The notes under the pieces: model-generated
Told to the model about the DNA's origin: nothing
Database searches by the model: none
What the model saw: the letters and a program-made list of their open reading frames with translations, nothing else
Program-made: the position numbers and the translations under genes
From: Phoronis australis
Taxonomy: Eukaryota; Animalia; Phoronida
Direction of reading: 5' to 3'
DNA: 64,000 nucleotides
NCBI GenBank assembly: GCA_002633005.1
Contig: NMRA01000015.1
Span: 1,112,218-1,176,217, forward strand
Shown here: piece by piece, positions 12,701-24,700 of the stretch
Position numbering within the stretch: the stretch's first letter is position 1
Layout of the letters: every line of letters begins with the position of its first letter

Positions 12701-15700
12701 TTTGTGAGTTGCCATGGTTTTGTGGGTCACTAGAGTCTGTGAATCACCATGGGTTTGTGAATCGCCATGGTTCTGTGAGTCACCTTGGTTGTTCTGGGAG
12801 TCACCGTGGTTGTTCTGTAAGTCCCCATAGGTATGTGAGTCACCAAGGGTCTGCGAGTTGCCTTGGTTCTGTGAGTCACCATGGGTCTGCGAGTCACCAT
12901 GGTTCTGTGAGTCACCATGGTTCTATGAGTCACCATGGTTCTAGTTTTGTTATCCTGTCAGGTAGCACTAAATCTCACATTTTTGTTTCCAGGGATTCAT
13001 TGAGCAGCCAGATCGGGAATGGAAAGCTGAGGAACTGCCTCCTATATCAGAAGGATTCACTATTAATGATATCAAGTCTCGCGTGCTGATTCTAAATAAG
13101 GTGTGAAAATTTAAGATGGATTTACAAATTTGTAACTATTTTTCATGTGCCCAACATTTTTCCATCTTAGTGTTTTATTGCTTGTAAATCGAAGAATCTA
13201 AGAATGACGTATCAACTTAGTAATTCAAGCAGTCACTCATGCACACTCATCCATAAAAACAATAAATATGTAAATAACAAGCTAATAGAGTTGCCTTTAC
13301 CCGGTTGCTGAAATTGGAGTTTCAACAACCATGAAATTCTCGTCCTTGTAAACTGCAGGTTTACTCTGACGTATAATAATTGGTCTTTTTATAGTTTGTG
13401 TTCACTCGTTTCACTACCCCAAACCTTCTTTATGGTTGAAGTATGCTGAATCAGGTGATTGTATTGTTAGTAAAGATTCCTTAAGTTGGGAGACTTTAAC
13501 AAGTGAAAATGTTCACAAGATGTAATAATCTCCCTTTGAAAACATTCCCAAGGTGTTAGACACTCTGCATTTACACCTGATTCACCAGATACTACCATAT
13601 AAGGTTCTACTGAGGACAGCTTCAGCCAGTCAATAATGACCAACTTCAAAGTAAGGTAAAATACAGTTCAAGATATAAGTAATGAGACAAAATACCATTT
13701 TCCCAATGACTAATTCTGTTAACAGCAAAAATGACTGGTAATAGCTATCAGGGTGGCAAAATTCTAATTACAGAATAGTTTAGCCACCTTACTACCTTTT
13801 TTGTTATTAATTTTCCTTCATTCTCAGTCATCAGGAGAGACTACTCTAATGATGAATTGGACTTCTTCAAGACTGTCAAGGATTCATTTTGTTGAATACG
13901 TTTGGCTGTAGGAAGGTATTATTGAGCTGAGAATTACACCTGGGAGCTCCATTCCAGCTACAGTGTAACTATAAGAAACCAAGAGCATTAACTTACCTTA
14001 TGTCACAACTCAAAGTTTTGTGACCATTGCAAATCAATTTAGTTGACATTTGCCATTGTGCTTTCCATAGATTTACTCCGTGTTTTATTGCCTTCCATAG
14101 ATTGCCCAGGCAAGGAGAAAGAAGAGGTTTGAAGAAGGTGCATTACGATTAGACCAAGTGAAGTTGAGTTTCACCCTGGACAAAGATACGGGTATGCCAA
14201 ATGGTTACAGAGTCTACCAACAGAGGGATAGTAATAGGTGAGATGAGAAGCCAAACATGCAAGGACATCATACTTCCACTTATAAGGTTGTGTGTCCTCT
14301 AAAATGGTATTAAGTAACGTAAAATACTCATTTGTGTTGATCTACCCAAAACAATACAGGTCATGTACTCCACATATATGTGCACTCATGAACACGACTC
14401 ACAGACCTGTAAACTTGAATCACTGACTCACAAAAAACAACCCCACACTCACTAAACATGGCTTGGGCACCCAAAAGCAACAGCTCTGGACCACAAACAC
14501 AGCTCCGGCACATGTAAACATGGCTCACAGGGTCATGTGTCCGTTTCATAATCATGTGAGTCAGTGAGTTGTGTTTTAGGGTGATGTAGACAAGCCAAGA
14601 TTTTTGCTACAATTGTCACACGAATGCCTAACATGGCCTAAAATCTAGAGAAAAGTTTTTCAATGGGGAGCATTCATTGTTTGTAATACACACACCTCTG
14701 CAGTTTATGAGTTGATGGAGGATGGCTAATGGACAGTGAAGTGAAGGGAACATGATCAACTCGACACATTTCATTGTTTCCCATTACTGTTAGTTAGTTA
14801 TCTCCTCATTATTGAAAGTATACAATAGAGATTAGTGCACAAGTGACCACCAGGTGAAGGTAGCAGACAGAAAGATACAGTAAACAATTCTTCTTCAAGT
14901 GGTTAAAATAACTCCCATCATAAAATCAAATTTTGATGTGTTCCACAAATTGATTATAAATTTGGTGACAAATTGTTCCTTAGTCGAAATAGACGAGATA
15001 TCTGGGTTTGGTAAGAACTGACATTGGTTATACAAGTTGACTCATCATCACCTATCATTTTATATTTCTAACACAGCATCGAGCAATGGCGCCCAGTAGG
15101 CAAGAATTTGAAACCAATTTGATAGTTTAACAGGGTTTAAATCAAAAGTTACTTTCTTCAACAGAATGTGAGCTTATTGTGAATTTAAGAAAACCTTTGG
15201 CAGCTGTCCCTGAATAATTTTAACCAATCGCTTTCAACAGATTAATTGAGGAGTTTATGCTGTTGGCCAACATGGCTGTAGCTCATAAAATCTACAAGTT
15301 TTCCAACGACAAGGCACTACTCCGTCGCCATCCAGCACCGCAGGTCCGGATGATGGATAAATTGGTATGTAACCCAATCTTTGAATGGAGTTCTGTGTTT
15401 TTTTCGCATTTTTCAATTAAGTGTTAAGTTACTTAATTAACCTCTATTGTATAGTTTTAATCTTCTTTAAGACAACTTCCTGCAGAAAGCAAATTGTTCA
15501 GTAGTGTTCATGCTGTCTTCCTAAATAAAAATTGTGTTTTTTGTTAAAACCACTTAGCACTTTATTTCTCATATCCCTACAATACACTCATGCACTCTGA
15601 CTTGTAATTATTTTAGGTCGACCAGTGTAGCAGTATTGGTGTGCCAATAGATGGCGCTAGTTCAGGTGCCCTTCATGAATCTCTGTCCAAGTATGTGGGT

Positions 15701-18528
15701 CAAGATGACTACAGTCTAGCCAAGACTCAGGTTTTAACAGTTCTGTGTTCAAAACCCATGCAGGTAAGTCACGTACAAGTAGTCAGATAAAATCATAATT
15801 ATTTATCACTTTCTAGTTCGTTAACTTGTCCGGTGTATGTAATACTCTTAGATGGAAGTTTGGTGTTTTAATCTGATGGTTGAAATGATGGTCTTGTTCT
15901 GAATACAATGGTCAGATACTTCCAAGAAGTGAAGATTTTGAGGAAAAAATAAAATACTCCTATATGAAATATGCTTGATTCATGTTACCATGACAAAACC
16001 ACTGCAACCCTTTGTGAGTGGATCGTAAGTGACCTTGAGAAATTCGCATGACCATAGCCAGTTTTTCAGTAGAGCTGTTTTCATCAACTGGGTCATTATG
16101 GAGGTGCAGTTGTCTGATCTTTCTAATTTGATTACCTGAACTGACCATTGTTGCCTTGGTGATCGGTAAATGGGAGATTGTGTTGGTTTTGTTATGGATT
16201 CTTTAGCAGGTCAGTGTACTGCCTGAGTCTCTGGCAATGTGTCGACGTCTTTCAGTAAGTTTCAGCTTACCATGATAACACATTGCATTACAGCCATCCT
16301 TTGTCAACCATTCGTTATTATGTCCCCTGTATTCATTATACTTCTGCCATACCATGTCAACCGTTTATTATTATCTCCCCTGTTCAGTGGGCAAGGTACT
16401 TCTGCACTGGTGTCCTGGAAGACGAGCACTTGTTCCGTCACTACGCACTCAATGTTCCGTTCTACACCCATTTCACGTCACCCATTAGGCGATACCCTGA
16501 CATCATGGTTCATCGACTACTAGCGGCCTCTTTAGGTAGGTCACACTTATTGATTGCCATTCCCCAAAAAGTCGTCGTTTGTGGCGTTAGACTAAGGAGG
16601 TGAATCGCAACTTTGAAATGGCTGACTGGACGTTAGTTACAAGTGGGATTGTGCTGTTTATGGTGGGGGAGTGGTGTTTACAGAAATATGTTGTGTAATA
16701 CGAGTTAAAAACAGCCTTGAGTGGTGGTTAGATTCATATGACGTGCTCTTTGTTGTTAGCAGATTGTTAACTAATAATTCTTTACCAGTTATTTTTTTTT
16801 CCTACTAGGTCTCTGTCCTGTCACAGACCAGTCATGCGAAGACATTCAGAAGCAAGCAGACCACTGCAATGACAGGAAGTCGGCTTCAAAAGTTGTGCAA
16901 GAGATGAGCTCAGATCTTTTCTTTTCCCTTTTTGTCAAGGTTTGTACTTGCTGTTGGCATAGGAAGAAGAGACTCTTAACAACCTCAATACTGCTTCTTG
17001 TCTAGTCTGATAAATTGTACTGTACATAGACTTTGCCTTTTCATAAAGGCATGACTCATTATGCAGCTCACGCTCGTCATTAATGTAAAAAACAATGTTT
17101 TTGGTCTTAGTTAACCTTCCCCATACACACATACTGTGTTTAGAGGCATATAAAAGTGGAGTGACTCAAGACTACAATAGCATTGATGCCTCAATCTGTC
17201 ACCTTTAAGTTAGACTCTATGACTTTTCTTAACACTTGCTGTGATGACTGACCAAAGTGTTTTTCTTTAAGGAGTGTGGCCCTATTGAAGAGGTTGCTAT
17301 GGTGATGGGAGTGATGGACAGATCATTTGACATTCTGGTGCTCAAACTGGGTGTAGTCAAACGCGTGTACACGGAGGTATGATAAGTCGTAATAACAAGA
17401 GCAATGCTCATTGAGAGAAACGTACCTTCACTAAATACCCAGTCATAATTTTTGGATTTTCTACAATTTTGTGAACAGGTCACGTATATGTGAAAGGTTA
17501 TGGCAAAATTATGTGAAGCAACAACAGTATTGTTTTAAAGTCGGGGACCCTTTAGTGGATTTAGAGTAATGTTGTGATCACATCTGACATCGGTGAGTTT
17601 TGTCTCATTTCTTCCCAGTGTTTATGAGCTTTAACTTCACTTATCTCAGACTATTTATGCAAAATGGCCCCTGAGTTTAGACTGAGGTATGACGAGGGAC
17701 AAATCTGTAAAAATGCTTTAGTTTCCTGGTGTGGTAATAACCATTCTGTTATGCAATTTTATGATGTTGATTAAAACTCTTGCTTTGCTAAGCATTCTTG
17801 CAACTCGTGTTGTAGAAACTTTCACTGGCTAGCAAACATTTTGTGGTGACAGACAAGAAGCCTCAACTAACTCTGGTATGGAAAGCAGACGGCACGCACC
17901 CCAAGGAGGTCAAACAGGTCATCGCTATATTTACAATGGTGCATTCCATATTGACTGCAGACGAAGACCAGCTGAAGTGGTCGGTAAGTTTTGCATATTA
18001 TCCAAGAGCAAGAGAGTGTGGTTTCTTTAGGCTTTCTAGTTACCAAAGAATGTAAATTTTAACTCGTATGGTTAAAGTGCTGTTTTTGAATAACTTCCCC
18101 TGTCAAAGTCCAATGATTTCCACAGCCAGTTACATTGATCTCTAAATGTTTTTTTGAATATTTAGCTTTGTTAAATGTTTTATTGGATAGACTACAGGAA
18201 AATAGAAAACCTTATTTTTGCTTTTTGCATCAGTACACAAATCTTTTGCAGTTGCCAAAGAATTTTTCCTTCAACTTTTTGGCCTGCTTTATTCTCCAAA
18301 GCTCAACCATGTGTTTGGTTAAATGCGTTATTGAGCACAAATTTTCCCACTGGTTCCGGTGTGGTAACGTAGTGATGGTGTTGTCGTTCATTCTTAATTC
18401 CTACATGCAAAATAGCTGTTTGCAAAATCCTTATTGACACTCATCTGCTAATTATTTTGCAGGCCACCATTAAACACCCAGACGACACCTCTCCTTCTCT
18501 TGCAGTGGACGATGTTGACGCCGACTAA
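3753..18528 (+). CDS. DIS3L2: DIS3-like exonuclease 2 (RNase II/RNB family 3'-5' exoribonuclease); 5' exons lie upstream of the window
   Basis: 14 GT-AG exons join in frame: 3753-3852, 4372-4525, 5692-5804, 6361-6468, 7826-7894, 12993-13100, 14101-14237, 15241-15364, 15617-15763, 16388-16535, 16809-16939, 17272-17376, 17816-17983, 18463-18528 (TAA). RNB motifs [48 protein letters not shown] and [13 protein letters not shown] are intact. Segments such as [20 protein letters not shown] and HCNDRK are DIS3L2-type. Confidence 0.95.
3917..4066. repeat. 28-bp minisatellite (~5 copies)
   Basis: Unit ttgcactaggtttgagatcaatataaat. Confidence 0.85.
5214..5398. mobile_element. Small TIR element whose TIRs carry CTCF-like motifs
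   Basis: Perfect 19-bp inverted pair gccacctgttggccacatc (5224-5242) / gatgtggccaacaggtggc (5370-5388), extending imperfectly to TAG...CTA ends. Internal B-box-like gtgttcaaatcc. Confidence 0.5.
5785..6060. repeat. 80-bp tandem repeat (3 copies plus a partial) containing a DIS3L2 exon end/donor and a CTCF consensus
   Basis: Unit gtttaccttgtg(c/t)a(g/a)aag|gta...gagtgaggagacagcgccatctagtggca. The CTCF-like core lies at 5831-5848, 5911-5928 and 5991-6008. Confidence 0.9.
6770..6912. repeat. 70-bp tandem duplication
   Basis: gcca(g/a)tccttact...aattcttaaccc...gattggttgaaaggttg.acaac.ttcatggccat occurs twice. Confidence 0.8.
10450..11120. mobile_element. Old, degenerate long-inverted-repeat element (MITE-like)
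   Basis: Nested reverse-complement pairs: ttccatggcc/ggccttggaa, ccagcaaaca/tgtttgctgg, accaaactccacacc/ggtgtggagtttggt, aatctttttactc/gagtagaaagatt. Confidence 0.6.
11251..11690. repeat. 40-bp minisatellite, 11 copies
   Basis: Unit ctcagactagactgaagtgatgttgggcttgagaaaatgg. Confidence 0.95.
11991..12068. repeat. Short hairpin element
   Basis: tatcaccacatatcgagcgatgc ... gcatcgctcgatacgtggggata. Confidence 0.65.
12617..12940. repeat. 18-bp minisatellite (~17 copies) carrying TGAGTCA
   Basis: Unit tgagtcaccatgg(g/t)tctg. It explains the repetitive SHHGSV and VTHRPM ORFs in the ORF track. Confidence 0.9.
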
Positions 18529-19119
18529 TTTCGTCGGGAAAAGCAAGACAAGATTTTCACTTGGGGCGTGTTCATCGAATGTTAATTACTGTTGAAAGCA
18601 AGTGAGATCACACACTTGTAATGCATGACCAGATCACATAGACATACATTATCTGGATAGTCTCACTGAACACAATCTGGTATTGTTTTTAGCTTTGTAT
18701 TTTATGCAGCTTGGGGCCTGTTTGAAGTTGCAGTTGGTCTGGGCCATTAATTTTAAAACAGAATATTTCAACAGAAGCTGTTCCCAAATAGTTTTAATAC
18801 AATGACAGTCATCAAATGTCTGGAGATTTGGAAAGAATTATCATTCGTTACTTGAACAAAAATTTGTGTGATGGGGTTCAATTAAATTGAAACTATTTAT
18901 GCAGTGTTACTGATGGCATCTGTGATACTAGTAACAACTTATATCCACTGGCTGTACATCTTGATGGAGAGACCTAATTAGAATACAGTGGTTTTACGAA
19001 CAGAGTAGCTGTTGGGAAAATGTTAATAATCACATATTTTAAATTCAACATTGTGCTGATTACATCTTATTTGTTTTGCAATTTTTTAAGGTGCATTATT
19101 TTAAGACGGAATATTGGCC

Positions 19120-20324
19120 TATTGGGCACTAGTCAGATATAATGGAACCTAACTTATTCTAAATAAATGCACTAGAACTTGTTGTCGTCGATTTTGAAAT
19201 TTCTGTTTTCATTTGAAAGGACAATCTTTCTAATGATCAGCCCCCAAGTTTCAGCGTGATTGACACTCTATTTAAGGTCATTGTAGCCCACCAAAGTGAC
19301 TCACCCAAGGGTCCATTTTTGGATCCAAAATTATTTTGTTTTAGATTTCAAAAATTCTTTGTTTATCTGATAGCCCCCCCTGTAATTATCATACTTTTCC
19401 CGGCCTTTGTAAGGGACCAGGAGGGCCCCAAAATGACTTACCCCCTTCAAAATATCAGAAAAGTTTTGTCAAAATTAGCCATAGTTTGGGAACTCATATG
19501 TTCATGATCAATGACCTGAAGACTACCAAACTGAGACATTTCTGAAGCATGGTAAAGTACAAGTTTCCAAATGCGTCTTATTTGTAGGCCCCCCTCTCTT
19601 TTTAGGGGTCAAGGTTTAATGTCAAAGTCACAGACTCCCCAATTTTCCAACTTTGATACCTTATTAGGGCTCACCAGAAGTGTAGACTAACATTTTTAGA
19701 ATTGGTGAGTAAAGGGCTATCCAACAATGAAAGAAGTTTTGAAATCGGGGTCAAAAAATTTTTAGATGCTAAAAATGACATTTTTCAACTTTATCTAGGT
19801 GCGTGAGCTTACTAATGATCCGATCAACCTCAAACTTGGTAGACTTTAGTTTCTCAACATTCTACGTCATTCTGATATTGGAGACAATTTTTTTTTCAGT
19901 CGAAAAAGTTCACGTCTTCAATTTTAAATTTCTGTTTTTTATTGAAATGCCAATCCTCCAAATAGTCAGCCGCCAAGTTTCAGCTTGATTGGTCCACTAA
20001 ATAAGGTCACAGTGGCCCACCAAAGTGACTCGCCCAAGACTGATGAAAAAAGAACAGCGTGTGTTGTAGCAGATCCCAGATAGATGTCGGAAGGTATAGC
20101 AAGTTCCCTGATATGGCTGATTTGATAATCTGCATGGCTAAAGTGGACCAACTTTGGAATAGCATAGTTTTCAACCGGAGTAATTGAGGGTCATGAAATG
20201 GGTATTTATGGATAGCCAGATGTCTGAGGAATGCAACGATACCACAATCATTCATGTGGACCCACATTTAATCGATTTATTTAGAATAAGTTAGGGTTCA
20301 TTATATCCGATTAGTGCCGAATAT
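19120..20324. mobile_element. Non-autonomous TIR element with CACTAGTC.GATATAATGG ends, between the DIS3L2 and DDX10 3' ends
   Basis: ~45-bp TIRs cactagtcagatataatggaacctaacttattctaaataaat / atttatttagaataagttagggttcattatatccgattagtg. An internal ~70-bp direct repeat occurs at ~19238 and ~19967. Confidence 0.7.
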
Positions 20325-21710
20325 TGTTTTAAATTTCTACCTTTGTTTTGAGAATTAATAAAGAGATTGTCTGTAATGGTTGCTGTTAATAGCCACTTCA
20401 ATACCACAGCAGTGCCCTCTATGATTCTGCAGTGTTAACCCCCAATCCTGTGCATCCGTGGTTGCACAGTCTTGCTGTGCTAATTACAATTTTGCATTAA
20501 GAATAGTTTGCCATTTTGTCATTCTGGCTCGGTAGTGAGTCAGCAGCCTCATCTCTCAAAAACTAGGTCATTATACTATGTGTTCTAAATGGGATAGATG
20601 GAGTTGGGTTAGGTAAATTAGCCTACTTTGTTTGAATGGATGTTTCCCATTAATCTAAACAAAACAACGGTAATTACCCACTTATTTGGACAAAAATTAT
20701 TGCCAAAATTGTCAAGTTTCCACAGCTAATAACTTTACTGTTCTACAACATCTATACGGTAAAAACCATGCTAGTAATGGACGAAAATGTTCCAATCTTT
20801 ATTTCTGTGGATAGAACTTCACTTGTCGGTCATGTTATATCCTAAATAAGTGAAGAACTTCCGTATATCCATGAAGTTAAAACAATCCGTGTTAAGTGTA
20901 TTCATTTGCAGCAACACATTAATTCTACTTATGAGCACATTAAGAGTATTATCATCTAAGATGGTGTGATGGAGAAGCAAATTAGCTTATTCACAAGAAT
21001 AATTCAAAAGATAATTCAATGATGAATTTCAGAGAATTCATTACTCTAATGGGCCAACTAAAATATACACATTCTTAGGCAGCACTATTGTGTTGTGTTG
21101 TTTTGGACAATTTTACAGGACTGGTACAAAGACATACAACTGGATTAACATCAACCATTAGTAACCATATTATTTCATTTTCCAAGTGTCAAGACCCCTC
21201 TAACCAGACAATAACAAGAATGTCATCTTTTTTGTTTACAGTCTAAAATGAGTAGACTAGATTATATAATTTTTGAGGCAGTTTGTTGTATTTTACAGTA
21301 TTGGACAATTTTACAGGTACAAAATCACGCAAATGGACTATTGAATGACTTCATTTTCCAAGTGCCAAGACTTTGCTAATGAGCTGACAATCGGTTGAGT
21401 CGAGGAGATCAAAACTTCAAGATCTTGTGAACATTTTCACAAACTTTTGATGCCCGTTCCTTCAACAGCATTTCTGTATTCACAACGTTATCTAAGGTTC
21501 AATTGGAATATTTATGAAATGCTCTTATGAATTAAAAAAATGCAAGTTTTACATGTAAAGTGATGTCTTAAATTGATGTAATTAACAAGTATAAAAACTG
21601 GTTAACAACCTCTGAGCAAGAAATCAATCAACACAACTTAAATAAAATAATTTAGAAGTCACGTCACGATTCTTCATTGTACAAAGAATTATGGTTCGTA
21701 TTTCTTCCTC

Positions 21711-24700
21711 CTAACTTTGAAGCAGACGTAATGCAATGGCTTCATCATCGTCCAATGAAAGTCCAGTATCCAGCATTTCTTCAGAGTTGCTGCCCCTCTT
21801 TGACCTTTTTATTGGTATACTGCAAAAACATGAATGTATAAAATTAAACAAGTGGCAAAATAGACAGATGTCAACATGTAACACGAACAGGTGTCGGGGA
21901 ATGACCAGCAATATTTTATTTTATTTTATTTTAATCAAAACAGTTCAATGACTTTTTTCAAATTCAGTCCATTAATCAACAAGTCCACATTGCTGTAGGG
22001 TATGTACCTGAAGTTCCTCCGTGGATAGACTGGTATGAAACAAAGGGATCGAGCGATTTGTCAAGCGGTATATCAGACGTCCACAGGCCTCATGGTTGGG
22101 CCCATTGCACGAAACACCCGAGTTAAAACTCACAAGAGTCCTGTTATTGATCAACAGGTTCTTTGTGTTGTATGTTGTAGACATGTGGTGTGAACAAACC
22201 CCCAATATGTCAGACATCACACATACCTTCATTGTGACAGTCTTAGATATGCATGCGGCCAGCCAGTCAGGGATCTAACGAAAGTGGTGACAGTTGGTGG
22301 GGATGGAAATATTTACGAACAGGGAGAGTGCTATATCATCTCAGATAAGATTTTCCATCACTTTATGTTATCACATGACCCATTATCACTGTTATCTGGG
22401 TGTTGCATTCTCAACCTGAACTGTGCTGCCGCACTTCCAGAAGAGACCCATCAAGGATACACGGACAGTGGGAGACTTTATATTCACTAGGTGGCGGTAA
22501 TGAGCAGTCTCCCCTTTTCAATACCTTAGTAGATCGAGAGCATAAGCCTTTCATAATCATGTCGCTTTCTGTATTCCAACAGTCCAACATGACTACCTGA
22601 ATGCATCCATTTCTGCAGGTAGGACCACTGTCACACTAGCGCCACCTGGTATATTTACAGTTGCCCATAACTCCGTCTATCAATGCACAGGTTTACCCAC
22701 CTTTCTTCCACATCACTATCTGATTCACTGCTGCTGTGATTGCTGTGTCTTTCATTGTCACTCGACTCGGATTCATCAACAACACGGCCACCAGATGTCA
22801 CTGAATCGTCACCTGCATCACTTTCCTCTGCATCACTGGCAGTCGAGCCAAGAACGGCAATAGGTTCATCCTCNNNCTGTTGATGAGAAACACTAAACAG
22901 TAACTGTCACTCACTCCACCTTGTGGTGCAGAAGTGCATGGACAAAGCATCATAATCTAACTATTCAATACACTAACAACCCAATAAAATAATCTCTGGT
23001 TTCATGTCAGCTTACCTCACATAAAAATACGATACTGCGGTCAAAGTATAAGTCTTCTGGTAAAACAAATCCTGCCATCAACTATGCACAAAAATTTACA
23101 GTTAATGAATTTCCAGTTTCTCAAAATGTTGCAAACCAACACATTAAAAAAGACCCCTTGTTACTTCGGAATTCTTTTACTATTGAAGTTGTTGTCAACA
23201 ATCATGATGTTTACAGACCCGTCACCTCCAAACAACAAAACAACGAATCAATTCTAACCATTCTATCTGCCTGTGCAGCTCGTCTGGCAGCTTTCTGCTT
23301 CAATCTTTCCTCCTGAAACATTCGAAATAAAAACTTTGCTTTCATCAAAATTAGATAGGAAGTAACTGACAATCAGAGAAGATCAAATTACACGTGAAAA
23401 CAAAATAAGTTTGATGAAAGCCTCCAACAGTCACTGTACAAGAAACCAAAAAAGTGAATGAAAAATAAAAATAAATCTGTCATTCACATTTGTGCGCAAC
23501 ACGTTCTACCATCGTATTGTAAGAAGTTATGCTGATTACAGTTGACCATGTTCTAAACTTATCACATATTAAAATCATATTGAGCGCTACCTCGGTGGGT
23601 CAAAACCAACCAATTTCAAAGTGCGTGGGATAAAATAAAAATGAAGCCAAAAATTACACGTATGAGCTCTAATAACTGTAACAAGAACTTTCCACAAGAC
23701 AAATTTGAATTGTGTTAAGACTTCAGATAATGGTAACTGCGATTTGCATCTATTTGTTAAGGAAAGTTTATTATGCTAGAATATAAACATCGGACAGGAT
23801 AATTGTTGTAAGTCACCTATCAATATTATGTTGCACAAAATTCTATCAACAAAGAATGGATGCTTCTGACAAAACAGTGATCATGAACTTCGTGTTGAAA
23901 ATAATGTAGAGAAACATAAAATATATTCCGCACAATTCGACCAAAGCTTGCAATGAATATCATACATTTTTATTATTTCAATTTATATAGTGCTTGAATT
24001 TAAGGAAAGATAATTAAAAACCTATGAAAGATAGTGACAAACTGTCTAAAACAGACTTATTAATCATATTCACCCTGTGTCTCTTTTTGATCTTCTCTCT
24101 AAACAACTGTTTGTCATATTTGTCCTCTTCTTGCATCCGTTGCTTAGCAACAGCTATGTTGATACCACCCACATCTTCTTCATTATCCAAGGAAACCTTC
24201 TGCTTCTTCAAACTGTCACTGACAACCTAGGCATCAATAGATGGATATGATTTATTAAAATCTATCTTAGGGCCTGCTTTGCTAAAATGTCATAACTTTA
24301 CAACTTTTTACTAGGAATCTAAACCAAAACTTAATGAAAACTAAATACAGGTCATAAGTATCCATTTAAACTCTGTAAAACCTTGTAAAGTTATAACATT
24401 TAATGAAACAGTCCCCTGTAACATAAAACAGTTAAAATTATAAAAAAAACAAGAGTTCGCACGATGAAGTGCCCATCATGTTCACTCTAAAATATTGAAA
24501 TTAGAGGTTCATAAGTTGTATTCTTCAGGACCTTGAACTTTCCAATTTTTGGAGGTCAAAGGTAAATGAGCTAGCGCAACCTACCCAGCAAACTGCACTC
24601 AAATGCACAGTCATCTCACTTTAAAAATCAGATAGATTTATAATTTGTTAACTCATTGACACGAGAATTTTCATTGAGTCGGCAATCCAGATTACTCTCC

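Noticed and set aside
12485-13089. His/Ser-rich and VTHRPM-repeat ORFs as novel proteins
   Set aside because: They are by-products of an 18-bp (multiple of three) minisatellite. The real exon at 12993-13100 uses another frame.
13845-13935. C/D-box snoRNA (ATGATGA...CTGA)
   Set aside because: No terminal stem and no rRNA-complementary guide that I can recognise.
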